DNA from: an uncultured Candidatus Saccharibacteria bacterium
Lineage (GTDB): Bacteria; Patescibacteriota; Minisyncoccia; 2-02-FULL-40-12; GWA2-44-9
Assembly (NCBI GenBank): GCA_964356795.1
Contig: CAYHIK010000003.1
Location: 19,004 to 83,003, forward strand
DNA length: 64,000 nt
Direction of reading: 5' to 3'
A program made the translations under genes and the position numbers. A model generated the notes under the pieces. It ran no database searches, was not told the DNA's origin, and saw nothing but the letters and a program-made list of their open reading frames with translations. Position 1 is the stretch's first letter, and each line of letters starts with the position of its first letter. Positions 8,638 through 19,117 of the stretch are shown piece by piece.

Positions 8638-9236
8638 ATTTACGACTCTCGATGGCGTAGCGGAGTGTGGTTTCGTCTGCGTATTCAAGATGGGTGCCCG
8701 TGGCTAATCCTCGGGCAAGACGGGTGACGCGAACTCCTGGAACGCTCTGAAACATATCGCGGATATAATGTGCTGTCATTTCCCCGGCAGAAGTGGGGTT
8801 TGTAGCGATGACCAATTCGATGCCGCCTGCTTGTTGGCAAATGCGGTCAACGCGCTCGCTTAGCTCTCGCATGCGAATGTGTTCGGGGCTAATTTTATCG
8901 ACGGGGGAGAGCGCACCGCCGAGCACGTGGTAGTATCCGCGCCAGATGCCCGCACGTTCGATTGAGAGTAGGTCTGAAACGTGCTCCAAGACAAGTAATG
9001 ATTTTGCATCGCGCTTGCCATCACGGCAAATACTGCAGATGGACTGATCGGATACATTAAAGCACTCAGAGCACTGAAATACAGTTGATTTCAGTTCTGC
9101 GATTGCGCCACCGAGTGCGCTGAGCTCTTCCTGTGAGCGATTGAGGAGCGACAACACGATACGTGACGCTGCGCGCGGGCCGATGCCCGGGAGCGTGCGC
9201 AGAAGCTCGGTGAGTTCATGAAACATCCCATCCATG
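8636..9236 (-). CDS. recR: Recombination protein RecR
   Basis: HhH motif LPGIGPRAASRIV, a C4 zinc finger CSEC...CSIC and a Toprim region. The start ATG at 9236 abuts the dnaB stop. Confidence 0.9.
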
Positions 9237-10601
9237 CTAGAGGAAGTCTGAATCAGTGTGTACGGTGTCGATCTCGGAGAACTCGAGGTTTTCTGGATTG
9301 ATATGGAAATCGATGTCTCCCGTGGGTCCATTGCGGTGCTTTGCAATCATGAGCTGGGCAAGATTCGAGCGACCCTCTTCTTGTGCACGTTGGAAGTTTA
9401 TTTTGTCTTCGCGATGGATAAACATAACAACGTCAGCATCTTGCTCGATGGATCCAGAGTCTCGAAGGTCGGAAAGTCGTGGTCTATTGCCTTCACGGTT
9501 CTCCACGGCACGGGAGAGCTGGGATAGTGCAATGACGGGGATTTGAAGTTCCTTTGCGAGCGCCTTTAGTCCGCGAGAGATTTCGGTAACCTGCTGGACG
9601 GGAGAGTCATAGTTGCGTCGCGCGCTCATTAATTGGAGGTAGTCCACGATGAGCAGGCCAAGTCCGTGCTCTGCTTTAAGGCGTCGTGCCATAGCGCGCA
9701 TCTGCATGACATTTAATCCAGGGGTGTCATCAATGAAGACAGGCATGTCGCGCAAAGAATCGATGGCATTTGTAATTTTGAGGAAATCATTATGCTCGCC
9801 CTCATGACTAAGTTTGCCCGTGCGAAGGCGCCAGAGTGAGGCTCGCGCTTTCGATGCAATAAGACGGTCGACGACTTGGTCGATACTCATCTCGAGACTG
9901 AAGATGCCCACCGGTACCTGGCGACTTGCAACGCGACTTGCGATATCGATAGCAAATGCTGTTTTACCAACCGAAGGTCGTGCTGCAAGAATGATGAGGT
10001 CTGATTTCTGGAATCCACCGAGCGTTGAGTCGAGCTTTGCGTGACCCGTTGCTGTCCCACGAAGCTGACCATCGTCTTGCGTTTGAATACGCTCCATAGC
10101 GCGATCAAGCTCTCCGGTGAGCGCGTCGAACTTATTGGTGAGTGTTTTCTGGGTGACGGCGAAGAGCTGTTGCTCGGCTTCACCGAGAATGGCATCTACA
10201 TCTTCATCTTCGCGATGGGCGAGTGATTGGAGCTGGTGTGATACATTGAGGAGGTCTCGAAGACTCTTTTTACGCTGAATGATGCGGGCATACGTTTGGA
10301 TGTGTGCGGCGGTGGGAACATCGCTTGCAAGCGATGTGAGGTAGACAACTCCTCCTGCGGCATCGAGGTTAGATGTATCGGACAGTCGTGTTCGAACTGA
10401 GAGGAGGTCAATATTTTCATGCTTCTCCCAGAGTTCGGTGATGGCATTCCAGATGAGCTGATTGCTTCGCTGGTAAAAATGATCGCCTTGTATCATATCA
10501 ACGACGCGGTTGATTGCTTCTCGATCAGTAAGGAGTGCGCCTAAAAGCGACTTTTCGGCATCGATATTCTGAGGGGGAAGTTTGTCTGATAATGAATTCA
10601 T
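9237..10601 (-). CDS. dnaB: Replicative DNA helicase DnaB
   Basis: DnaB N-terminal domain and the RecA-like Walker A ARPSVGKTAFAI. 454 aa. Confidence 0.9.
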   Translation of the reverse strand: MNSLSDKLPPQNIDAEKSLLGALLTDREAINRVVDMIQGDHFYQRSNQLIWNAITELWEKHENIDLLSVRTRLSDTSNLDAAGGVVYLTSLASDVPTAAHIQTYARIIQRKKSLRDLLNVSHQLQSLAHREDEDVDAILGEAEQQLFAVTQKTLTNKFDALTGELDRAMERIQTQDDGQLRGTATGHAKLDSTLGGFQKSDLIILAARPSVGKTAFAIDIASRVASRQVPVGIFSLEMSIDQVVDRLIASKARASLWRLRTGKLSHEGEHNDFLKITNAIDSLRDMPVFIDDTPGLNVMQMRAMARRLKAEHGLGLLIVDYLQLMSARRNYDSPVQQVTEISRGLKALAKELQIPVIALSQLSRAVENREGNRPRLSDLRDSGSIEQDADVVMFIHREDKINFQRAQEEGRSNLAQLMIAKHRNGPTGDIDFHINPENLEFSEIDTVHTDSDFL

Positions 10602-10824
10602 CGCGCAGATTGATTTGCTGTTCCAGTATCCGCGAATCTACGCGAGCAGGCAAATTATAAAGTGGATTGCATGTGGAGATAGAGCGCCGGTGCAATACCA
10701 GCGATGTCTTGCAATAATAGAATTTTATGGTATGGTTTGCTCTCTCCGTATCCATGTTGTTCGTTGAAAACTTCCACTCATCGCTCTACGGGGTGCTAGG
10801 TGGAGCGCCTAGTTACGACTGGGC

Positions 10825-12018
10825 GTGCAGAAATGCGGCGAGATGCCGCGCGAGGTCATTATGGCGTTGAAGATCGAATCTTGGGACACTCCTGAAGAGG
10901 TGCTTGGTCGGGTGCCCAGTGTTGCAGCATCGCTTGCCACGACACTACTGAATCGCTACAGCTTTGAAGAGCAGTACGAACTTCTGCGAAAGAAGGTTGG
11001 GCAAGCGATTTGTGCGAGTAGTGATGAAGGCGTTCAGGTGTTGCTTCACATCATACGGGAAGCGATGCGGGAATTTGTGACCAAGGTAAACGCTGCGCGA
11101 GCTGGCACGAAGGACTTCCTAAGTCCGGCGCAGATCCAGGCCGGCGTCGACTTCATGTATCGGTCCTACCTTTCCGAGTTGTTCTGGGAGCTCCCGAGCA
11201 GGCCGGGATACTCAGATGCTGGCAGGGTTTCTCTCATGGTGGACACAAAGGTTCGAATCTTCCGTGAATTGATTAGGGAGTGGACGTCAGCTTCGACACC
11301 GTCGAGTCGACATGCGTTTCGCCGTGCCATTGCGATGGGTTGGCCAGAGCAATCCATGAGCGAGCATCAGCGCCTCATCGAGGAAAGGGATCCGATCGAG
11401 TGCAAGGCCGTTGGGCGATTTGTGGGTGCCGAAGAACAAAAGCGGTACGTCGCCGTGGTTCGAGAGTGCCTAGGGTGCTTCGGTGTCTATCCATACAAAG
11501 GTGTGACTGCGGATAGCGTATTCGGTCCGTGGCTTGCGGAAAAGCATGTGCCAGGCGAGATTGAGGACCTCCTCGTGGTTGCGCGTGCGAAGGCGGGTGG
11601 AGTGGCTACTGCTCGTCGTGATATCGATTACGCGACACTCATGGATGGAATCTCTTCGAGCGGTGTCGCGATGTTGCGTTCGGTTGCTGGGTCGTTCCGG
11701 CGCTGGCAGACCGATGTGGACGCAGTGTTTGAGCGGATCACTAAGTTGTCGGCAGGCAATGACGATGAACTGAAATACCGGAAAAATCTGCAGCGCGAAT
11801 TCGACGTACTCGCTCCCGACTCAATTCGTATTCAGGTGTGTGCCGGATGGGAGCATCACGCAAGACTCTCGGCAATGCATCGTGATGCTCAAGCGGCCAT
11901 TGAGCACGTGAAGAGCGTCGGCATGCTCCGTGGATGTTCGGTCGAGCTGTGTGTGTACCTCAGGAATGATGAGTCCGCCTCAATCCGCGTGTTTTGGGAG
12001 AAAGAGACGGTCGAATGA
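10825..12018 (+). CDS. Hypothetical protein (397 aa, predicted mostly alpha-helical)
   Basis: Long ORF in a segment that looks GC-richer than its surroundings. No motif recognised. The start is ambiguous among ATGs at 10825, 10843 and 10861. Confidence 0.55.
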   Translation: MQKCGEMPREVIMALKIESWDTPEEVLGRVPSVAASLATTLLNRYSFEEQYELLRKKVGQAICASSDEGVQVLLHIIREAMREFVTKVNAARAGTKDFLSPAQIQAGVDFMYRSYLSELFWELPSRPGYSDAGRVSLMVDTKVRIFRELIREWTSASTPSSRHAFRRAIAMGWPEQSMSEHQRLIEERDPIECKAVGRFVGAEEQKRYVAVVRECLGCFGVYPYKGVTADSVFGPWLAEKHVPGEIEDLLVVARAKAGGVATARRDIDYATLMDGISSSGVAMLRSVAGSFRRWQTDVDAVFERITKLSAGNDDELKYRKNLQREFDVLAPDSIRIQVCAGWEHHARLSAMHRDAQAAIEHVKSVGMLRGCSVELCVYLRNDESASIRVFWEKETVE

Positions 12019-12021
12019 CGC

Positions 12022-12056
12022 AAGACCCCCGGGGATATCCGGGGGTCTTTTTTATA
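12022..12056 (+). terminator. Strong rho-independent terminator
   Basis: Near-perfect palindrome AAGACCCCCGG-GGATAT-CCGGGGGTCTT followed by TTTTTAT. Confidence 0.8.
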
Positions 12057-12113
12057 TTGAAAACGGGAAGTGGGGATGCTAGGATTGCAGAGCTCACTTA
12101 CGGGAGGTTGTCC

Positions 12114-12347
12114 ATGAGGTACATGGTAGAGTTTGAAAACGTGCATGATGGGTCTGCATTGGCACTCATCGGTCACCTGCGTGGTGTGGGCATCGAGTGC
12201 GAGGCAGAGAGCATTATTGGCATGGGTGCTGGGCGCGCTATCGTGCTCGCTCGATTTCCGAGAGAACGCGAGTCAGAAGTCCGATTGATTCCAGGTGTCG
12301 TGGAGATCTATGTGGACGCCGAACTTGAGCACTTCGAGCGTTTGTAG
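12114..12347 (+). CDS. Hypothetical small protein (77 aa)
   Basis: ATG at 12114 preceded by GGGAGG with a 6-nt spacer. Terminator immediately downstream. Confidence 0.5.
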   Translation: MRYMVEFENVHDGSALALIGHLRGVGIECEAESIIGMGAGRAIVLARFPRERESEVRLIPGVVEIYVDAELEHFERL

Positions 12348-12364
12348 GCATCCCAGCGTGAAGT

Positions 12365-12387
12365 CCCGATTACTCGGGGCTTTTTTA
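12365..12387 (+). terminator. Rho-independent terminator
   Basis: Hairpin CCCGA-TTAC-TCGGG followed by GCTTTTTT. It is flanked by a longer inverted repeat (CGTGAAG ... CTTCACG). Confidence 0.6.
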
Positions 12388-13776
12388 TACACGCTTCACG
12401 AGGGGGCCGTAGGGGGTGTCGTCTATGGAGTATCCGAGTTCAGAGAGTTGATCGCGGAGACTGTCGGATGTTGACCAATCTTTTTGATCTCGGGCGAGCT
12501 GACGCTCATCGATAATTGTTTGAATTTCGGGCGGGTGGCTGGTTGCGCCAGAGGGGATGATCCCAAATTGTTCTGATATCCACGAGAAGAACGAGCGGGC
12601 ATTTAGGATATCTGGTTCGTTCAGTGATGACGAGGTGATTGCACGGTTGAGTGAGTGAATGCAGTCAAAGATAGCGGCAAAGGCGGCGGCGGTATTGAAG
12701 TCTTCGTCCATTGCCCGCTCAACGGCGACACGCGCTTCGGTGATGAAGGAGGAGTTCTCTGGGGTCTCTGCGGGGGTAATCAGGGAGAGCTTGGAGAGCG
12801 TCTCGGAGATTCGTTGGATGGCTGCAGAAGCGGCCGAGAGGCCGGTGTCGGAAAAATCTAATGGCGCTCGGTAGTGATTCGAGAGTAGGTAGAACCGCAA
12901 CACGGCCGAATCGTATGTGGAGAGCAATGCATGCAGCGTCGCGAAGTTGCCGAGTGATTTCGACATCTTCTCTTGTTTCATCTCAAGGAATCCTGCGTGC
13001 ATCCAGTATTGTACAAAGGGCACCTTGCCTGATGCGGCTTCTTGTTGGGCGATTTCTGCCTCGTGGTGGGGGAATTTCAAATCCATGCCACCGCCATGGA
13101 TGTCGTATTGTGGTCCGAAATAATGTTCCGTAATCGCGGTGTCTTCGATGTGCCACCCTGGTCGGCCTGCACCGAGCTCGGCATCTTCCCAGACCGGCTC
13201 GCTTGGCTTTGAGAGTTTCCAGACGCAAAAATCTCCCCGATTGCGTTTGTGTTCATTTTCATCGATGCGCGAGACTGCATCATTTGCCTGAAGGCCGGTT
13301 CTGCCGGAGAGTTTTCCATAATCGGGGAATGTGGTGAGATCAAAGTACCACCCGTCTCCTTCTATGAGGTAGACATTACTATTCTTGATGAGTGCCTTGA
13401 TCTGAGTGAGCACCTGCGGGATGTGATCAGATGCTCGCGCGTATTGGGATACCGATGTGTTGCCGAGTGCCTGCATGTCTTCGCGGAAAGCGACGTCGTA
13501 TTGCTGGGCGTATGCAAGCGGAGGGACGCCTTGCTCGGCGGCGCGTGCGATAATTCGATCATCGACGTCGGTGATATTTTGGATATAGGTTACATCAAAT
13601 TCGCGATACCTGAGCCAGCGAGCGACGACATCAAAAAAGGTAAAGGTGCGCGCATTTCCGATGTGAACGCGGTCGTACACTGTGGGTCCACAGACGAACA
13701 TGTCGATATGCTTGGGCGCGCGTGGCACGAGCTCTTCGGTTCTGCGTGTGAGTGAGTTGTAGAGTCGAATTGCCAT
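12385..13776 (-). CDS. cysS: Cysteinyl-tRNA synthetase
   Basis: CGPTVYDRVHIGNAR (HIGH) and KMSKSLGN (KMSKS). Confidence 0.9.
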   Translation of the reverse strand: MAIRLYNSLTRRTEELVPRAPKHIDMFVCGPTVYDRVHIGNARTFTFFDVVARWLRYREFDVTYIQNITDVDDRIIARAAEQGVPPLAYAQQYDVAFREDMQALGNTSVSQYARASDHIPQVLTQIKALIKNSNVYLIEGDGWYFDLTTFPDYGKLSGRTGLQANDAVSRIDENEHKRNRGDFCVWKLSKPSEPVWEDAELGAGRPGWHIEDTAITEHYFGPQYDIHGGGMDLKFPHHEAEIAQQEAASGKVPFVQYWMHAGFLEMKQEKMSKSLGNFATLHALLSTYDSAVLRFYLLSNHYRAPLDFSDTGLSAASAAIQRISETLSKLSLITPAETPENSSFITEARVAVERAMDEDFNTAAAFAAIFDCIHSLNRAITSSSLNEPDILNARSFFSWISEQFGIIPSGATSHPPEIQTIIDERQLARDQKDWSTSDSLRDQLSELGYSIDDTPYGPLVKRV

Positions 13777-13779
13777 AGG

Positions 13780-15072
13780 CTAGGAAAATATCACGAACAC
13801 AGTTCCGGTCAACAAGAAGAACATGGCGACGACACCGAGGGTGTGCACGGGAAGCGTGGATTGATGGGGCCCGACAATGTTTGGGTTGCGCGCCATGTGG
13901 GCAACGAGTCCGATGAGAAATGGCGAACTAATACCCATCACCAGCGCCGACCAAAAGAGTGCCTGAATAGGGGTAATTCCGAGGAATGATACGACGAGGC
14001 TTACTGCAACGGACCCAATCATGACGAGGTAGAATGGGCGTGCGCGATGAAATGGCTGATCGATGCTTGCGGTCCATCCCATCATTTCAGAAAGTGCGTA
14101 GGCGGCGGAGCCAGCGAGCACGGGGATTGCAAGAAGTCCCGAGCTGATGAGGCCGAGCGCAAAGAGGTAGTAGGAGTATCTCCCAGCAAGTGGCTCAAGG
14201 GCGACTGCGACGTCGTGGAGTGATGTGATGTCAGCGCCACTCCCTGCGGCCCAAATCATAGACGCAGTCAGTGAGACTATAAAGAAAGAGACGAGGTTGG
14301 ACGCAATCATTCCAATGCGTGTGTCGAGGTCGAGGTTCGCAAGTACGCCACGGCCGAGGGGGCGGAACTTACATACACGGATTCTGGGTCGATCTAATTT
14401 TATTTCCTCAGCTTCTTGTGAGGCCTGCCAAAAGTAGAGATAGGGAGACAGTGTTGTGCCTAGCATGGCGAACGCAGTCAAGATGAAATCCCGAGAGAAG
14501 GAAAATGACGGAACAAGCGTCCCCCAGAGGATGGAGAGCCAGTGGGGCCGCGCGAGGATGAGCGCGAAGGCGTATACAAAAAGCGACAACGCAAACCATT
14601 TGAAGACGCGCTCGATGGTGCGGTAGGGGAGGTAGATAACAAGGCCAATGACTACAATAGAAACGCACACCGCGACAAGCTGAATTGAAGCTGAGGGGAT
14701 GATGAGTTGTATCGCGCCCGCCATGCCGTAAATATCCGCGCCGACGTTGAGTGTATTGGCGATAACAATTGAGCCGACGGCAAGTGCGAGAATCCATCCT
14801 GGGTAATGTTTGCGAATGTTGCCAGCGAGGCCGCACCCCGAGAGTGCACCAATGCGCGCACACATGTTTTGGATTGCAATCATAAACGGAAGAATCCAAA
14901 GGAGAACCCACGAAAGTCCAAAACCAAAACGTGCGCCTGCGATGGCGTAGGTTGCAATGGCGGAGGGGTCGTTGTCAGCGGCTCCTGTCACGAGGCCGGG
15001 GCCTAGTGAGCGCCAAAAGCTGGCAATGCGTGCGCTTAATTTCATGCAGAATAAGTATATCATGCATTGCAT
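13780..15072 (-). CDS. mntH: Nramp/MntH family divalent metal transporter
   Basis: GPGLVTGAADNDPSAIATYAIAGARFGFGLSW matches the Nramp N-terminal signature. About 11 TM helices. The start could be the ATG at 15045. Confidence 0.75.
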   Translation of the reverse strand: MQCMIYLFCMKLSARIASFWRSLGPGLVTGAADNDPSAIATYAIAGARFGFGLSWVLLWILPFMIAIQNMCARIGALSGCGLAGNIRKHYPGWILALAVGSIVIANTLNVGADIYGMAGAIQLIIPSASIQLVAVCVSIVVIGLVIYLPYRTIERVFKWFALSLFVYAFALILARPHWLSILWGTLVPSFSFSRDFILTAFAMLGTTLSPYLYFWQASQEAEEIKLDRPRIRVCKFRPLGRGVLANLDLDTRIGMIASNLVSFFIVSLTASMIWAAGSGADITSLHDVAVALEPLAGRYSYYLFALGLISSGLLAIPVLAGSAAYALSEMMGWTASIDQPFHRARPFYLVMIGSVAVSLVVSFLGITPIQALFWSALVMGISSPFLIGLVAHMARNPNIVGPHQSTLPVHTLGVVAMFFLLTGTVFVIFS

Positions 15073-15112
15073 GTGTGGGGAGTTTCTCGAGGGAGCTAGG
15101 GCGTGTGGATAA

Positions 15113-15139
15113 TTGGCACTCTTGACGTAGGAGTGCCAA
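15113..15139. promoter_or_regulatory. CIRCE operator (HrcA binding site), TTGGCACTC-N9-GAGTGCCAA
   Basis: The inverted repeat closely matches the CIRCE consensus TTAGCACTC-N9-GAGTGCTAA. It lies 18 nt upstream of hrcA. A consensus DnaA box TGTGGATAA sits at 15103-15111. Confidence 0.8.
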
Positions 15140-15156
15140 TTATATAGACTGGCACT

Positions 15157-15921
15157 ATGGTCATCAGATTGCTAACACCGCGCCAGCATCAATTATTGTG
15201 GCGGGTCATAGACCAACACATTGAGACGGGAGAGCCCGTGTCGAGCAAAGCCATTGAATCAAGTGGCCATTTTGATGTGCGGTCAGCTACTATCCGAAAT
15301 GAAATGTCGGATTTAGAAGATATGGGATTTTTGGAGCAACTCCATACGTCTGGCGGACGCGTGCCGACGGCACTCGCGTTCCGATTGTATGTGAATGATC
15401 TGATAGCAGTTGAGGGGGTTACCCTCGGACAGTCTGTTCGGTCTCGCGTTGACGAGGCGCTCAACGATACCGATTTGCGGGATGCAGACGCACTTAATCG
15501 CACGCTCGCAAGACAAATTGGACAGATATCGGGCAATCTGGTCATCGCGAATACGTCAGAACGGCAAGATGCGTATAAGTTCGGACTTTCAAATCTAATA
15601 TCGATTCCTGAATTTCGTGAAATGGACCGCCTCATGGGACTCACAGATTTTTTTGATCATTTTGAATCCATGTATGCCCGGATGCATCGCCAGATGTGGC
15701 AACAGGAAGAAGGGGATGTGAAGGTGATGATTGGATCAGAAAATCCACTTCGTCAGATACAGGATGAGGCAGTCATTGTCGCACGATATCGGTTGCCACG
15801 AGGTCGCGAGGGGACGCTTACTCTGGTGGGCCCGATGTGCATGGATTACCGAAAGAATCTTGGTCTCATGACGTACGCAGCGCAGATTGCAAACAGAATA
15901 ACCGATAGCATTCGAAATTAA
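15157..15921 (+). CDS. hrcA: Heat-inducible transcription repressor HrcA
   Basis: The N-terminal winged helix (RQHQLLWRVIDQHIETGEPVSSKAI) resembles HrcA. It is the first gene of the hrcA-grpE-dnaK operon. Confidence 0.85.
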   Translation: MVIRLLTPRQHQLLWRVIDQHIETGEPVSSKAIESSGHFDVRSATIRNEMSDLEDMGFLEQLHTSGGRVPTALAFRLYVNDLIAVEGVTLGQSVRSRVDEALNDTDLRDADALNRTLARQIGQISGNLVIANTSERQDAYKFGLSNLISIPEFREMDRLMGLTDFFDHFESMYARMHRQMWQQEEGDVKVMIGSENPLRQIQDEAVIVARYRLPRGREGTLTLVGPMCMDYRKNLGLMTYAAQIANRITDSIRN

Positions 15922-15922
15922 T

Positions 15923-16372
15923 ATGAAAAACGAACCACATCACGAAGAGTCCGAGGTCCCGATGGTTGAAAAAGAGAAGTATATGCGTCTTGCCGCCGAT
16001 GTAGAGAATCTTCGTAAGGCACAGGCCGCCGCCGCCACGGAGCTGTCGAAGTGGGCCGCACAATCGGTCATTACCGATATGCTCGAGCTTGCTGACGCAG
16101 TCGACATCACATTAGCGCACGCACCACCGGAGGTGATAGGGAGTGCGTGGTGCCTCGGACTGGAGCAAGTATCGAAGCAGTTCTTAGAAAAAATGAAACG
16201 ATATGGAGTAAGTAAAATTGAAACGGTTGGGCATGTATTCAACCCTGTGACGATGGAGGCAGTACAGATGGTGCCCGGAGGCGAAAGTCATCATGTGAAG
16301 GAAGAGGTGCTCTCAGGATATCTGATGCATGAGCGAGTTCTTCGGCCAGCTCGGGTCATTTTGTACGAATAG
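15923..16372 (+). CDS. grpE: Nucleotide exchange factor GrpE
   Basis: Coiled-coil N-terminus and the C-terminal motif FNPVTMEAV. 149 aa. Confidence 0.85.
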   Translation: MKNEPHHEESEVPMVEKEKYMRLAADVENLRKAQAAAATELSKWAAQSVITDMLELADAVDITLAHAPPEVIGSAWCLGLEQVSKQFLEKMKRYGVSKIETVGHVFNPVTMEAVQMVPGGESHHVKEEVLSGYLMHERVLRPARVILYE

Positions 16373-16391
16373 TATAACGAATAATAACACT

Positions 16392-18272
16392 ATGAATCAC
16401 ATACTCGGTATCGATTTAGGAACAACGAATTCGGCGATGGCAGTTGTTGAGGGTGGTCAGCCACGAATACTAGAGAATGCAGAGGGTGTTCGCACGACGC
16501 CGTCCATTGTGGCGCTCGGCAAGAATGGCGAGCGATATACGGGCGTTACGGCGAAGCGCCAAGCGGTTACGAATCACGCGAATACACTCTTTTCTGTGAA
16601 GCGTCTTATCGGGCGCCGCTGGCAAGATGAAGAGGTCCAGCGCGACTTGAAGTTGCTACCCTACGAAATTCGCAAAGGAAATGGCGATTCTGTTGAGGTG
16701 AAGATGGGTGACAAGTGGTACAAGCCCGCTGAGATTTCAGCTATGGTGCTCGCGAAGCTTAAAGCTGATGCAGAGGCGAAGTTGGGCACAAAAATAACCG
16801 AAGCGATTATCACGGTGCCCGCATACTTTGACGACTCTCAACGTCAGGCAACGAAAGACGCAGGCGAAATCGCGGGTCTCACAGTGAAGCGCGTGATTAA
16901 CGAACCAACAGCTGCGGCGCTCGCCTATGGATTCAACAAAAAGAAAGACGAGAAAATTGTCGTGTACGATTTCGGAGGCGGGACGTTCGACATTTCGGTG
17001 CTCGAAGTATCAGCAGATACAATTGAAGTGAAGGCAACGGGCGGAGATACGCATCTTGGCGGTGATGATGTCGATCAAAAGATTATCGACTACTTCGCAT
17101 CCGAGTTCAAAAAGGACCAAGGCGTCGATATCTCGAAGGACCAGCTTGCGCTCCAGCGTTTGAAAGATGCGGCTGAGAAGGCGAAGCATGAGCTTTCAAG
17201 TACCACGCAGACTGATGTTAATATTCCATTCCTTACGGCTGACACGTCTGGCCCAAAGCATTTCAGTTTGAGCTTCGGTCGCGCAAAGCTTGAGGAGCTC
17301 ACGAAGGATCTCATCGATCGCTCGATTTCACTCACGAAGAAGGCGGTGGCTGATGCTGGTCTCTCGTTCTCCGATATCAACGAAGTCGTGATGGTTGGTG
17401 GGCAGACCCGCATGCCTGCAATTGTGGAGGCAGTGAAGGCGCTGTTCGGAAAGGAGCCGCACCGCGACATTAATCCTGATGAAGTTGTTGCGATGGGCGC
17501 GGCGCTTCAGGGTGCGATTATGCGGGGAGATGTGCACGACGTGCTCTTGCTCGACGTGACGCCATTGACGCTTAGTATCGAGACGCTCGGTAGTGTCTCG
17601 ACTCCGATGATTGAAAAGAACACAACGGTGCCAACAAGTAAGTCGCAAACGTTTAGCACCGCAGCGGATAATCAGCCGTCAGTAACAATTCGAGTATCAC
17701 AGGGCGAGCGCCCGATGTTCGGTGATAATAAATTCTTGGGCGAGTTTAATCTCGATGGTATCCCACCGGCTCCACGCGGTATTCCGCAGATCGAAGTGAC
17801 ATTCGACATCGATGCAAATGGAATTCTCCATGTGAAGGCGCGCGACAAGGGCACTGGCAAGGAGCACTCAATTCGTATCGAGGGTTCCTCGGGTCTTTCG
17901 AAAGAAGAAAAGGAGCGCATGGTACGCGAAGCCGCTGAGCATGCAGCAGAAGATGCAACAAAGAAAGAAGCGGCTGATACTAAGAATGCTGCCGAAACGC
18001 TTGTGTGGACGACGGAAAAGATGCTGCACGAGAACAAGGATAAGGTAAAGGAGGATGATGTGAAAAATCTCGAGGCGAATATTCAAGAGGTGAAGACTGC
18101 ACTTCAGGGCTCGGACTTGGCGGCCATTAATGCAAAATCTGAGCAGTTGAGTGCCGCTGCGCAAAAGGTGGGCGCGGCACTTTATCAGGCATCTCAGGAG
18201 GCGAAGCCAAAAGAAGGCGAGCAGGCTGCGACGGAGGCGCCAGCAGAAGAGGTGAAGCCGGAAGAGAGGTAG
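16392..18272 (+). CDS. dnaK: Chaperone DnaK (Hsp70)
   Basis: [26 protein letters not shown], and an acidic C-terminus. The start was refined to the ATG at 16392. Confidence 0.95.
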   Translation: MNHILGIDLGTTNSAMAVVEGGQPRILENAEGVRTTPSIVALGKNGERYTGVTAKRQAVTNHANTLFSVKRLIGRRWQDEEVQRDLKLLPYEIRKGNGDSVEVKMGDKWYKPAEISAMVLAKLKADAEAKLGTKITEAIITVPAYFDDSQRQATKDAGEIAGLTVKRVINEPTAAALAYGFNKKKDEKIVVYDFGGGTFDISVLEVSADTIEVKATGGDTHLGGDDVDQKIIDYFASEFKKDQGVDISKDQLALQRLKDAAEKAKHELSSTTQTDVNIPFLTADTSGPKHFSLSFGRAKLEELTKDLIDRSISLTKKAVADAGLSFSDINEVVMVGGQTRMPAIVEAVKALFGKEPHRDINPDEVVAMGAALQGAIMRGDVHDVLLLDVTPLTLSIETLGSVSTPMIEKNTTVPTSKSQTFSTAADNQPSVTIRVSQGERPMFGDNKFLGEFNLDGIPPAPRGIPQIEVTFDIDANGILHVKARDKGTGKEHSIRIEGSSGLSKEEKERMVREAAEHAAEDATKKEAADTKNAAETLVWTTEKMLHENKDKVKEDDVKNLEANIQEVKTALQGSDLAAINAKSEQLSAAAQKVGAALYQASQEAKPKEGEQAATEAPAEEVKPEER

Positions 18273-18314
18273 CGTGGCCTCTCCGAAAAGGGTGAAACGT
18301 GATACATTACGTGC

Positions 18315-19115
18315 ATGAATACCATTGCGTATAAGAAGATTGGCATCATCGGATTTACTGTTTTTGTGGTAAGTCTCGTTTGGGCTACTTCACGGCCTTG
18401 GCTTGCGAGCCCGTTGCAATGGGATGGCATCACAACGATTCTTTGGCCGTCGTTGGCGCTTATCGTTGCTTCCGCAACCGTTGCCATCTCGTGGATGCTC
18501 CTTGAGCGTACCGTTGAGCGTGTGGCCGTCATTTTGGCCTCCTGGGCGACGTTTATCCTCTTTTGGAGCCCTGATATCTGGTACCTCACCGCCCTGCCTG
18601 TATTCGGCCTTTTATGGCTCGAATCGTCTCGGAGGGTTACGAATGACGTCGGAGACCGTCGAAGGCTTCGAATCTCGACCTCACTCGGCGCGGGGCTCTC
18701 GCCACTCCTTCTCGGAATGTTCCTTATGGTTTCATTTGGATTTTACCTTCTCCCATCGAATAAAAACGTTGGCGCGAACGATGTGAGCATTGGAATACAG
18801 AAGCAGTTGGAATCAGTGTACGATCAGCCGATGGTTGAGCGTCAGCTATCGCAGTTTCCGGCCGCAATGCAGTCGCAGGTAAAGCGAGATATCGCAAAGG
18901 TCGTCGACGAGAATGTACAGCGCTTTGTTGGTCCGCTGGGGCCGTTTATTCCCCCTATGCTCGCCTTTGGATTATTCCTCATTCTCTGGTCGGTGATGTT
19001 TATCTTCCGTGAATTGAGTATCTGGATGGGCGTGGCCATCTTCTCCATCCTCAAGACCGTCGGATTCGTACGTGTAGGAACGAAAGATGTTCAGGCTCAG
19101 ATTATTGAACTATAG
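18315..19115 (+). CDS. Hypothetical polytopic membrane protein (266 aa) between dnaK and dnaJ
   Basis: About six hydrophobic helices. No motif recognised. Its stop is 2 nt before the dnaJ ATG. Confidence 0.55.
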   Translation: MNTIAYKKIGIIGFTVFVVSLVWATSRPWLASPLQWDGITTILWPSLALIVASATVAISWMLLERTVERVAVILASWATFILFWSPDIWYLTALPVFGLLWLESSRRVTNDVGDRRRLRISTSLGAGLSPLLLGMFLMVSFGFYLLPSNKNVGANDVSIGIQKQLESVYDQPMVERQLSQFPAAMQSQVKRDIAKVVDENVQRFVGPLGPFIPPMLAFGLFLILWSVMFIFRELSIWMGVAIFSILKTVGFVRVGTKDVQAQIIEL

Positions 19116-19117
19116 CA

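Noticed and set aside
14408-14911. A 167-aa minus-strand ORF inside the Nramp gene, and similar internal or antisense ORFs (24112-24636, 35966-36703, 37377-37820, 21146-21571 among others)
   Set aside because: They are alternative frames of genes whose primary frame carries recognisable family motifs. They are translation artefacts of the six-frame track.
15122-15150. A sigma70 promoter using the TTGACG inside the CIRCE spacer
   Set aside because: No acceptable -10 hexamer lies at 16-18 nt spacing. A promoter is probably upstream of CIRCE but could not be defined confidently.
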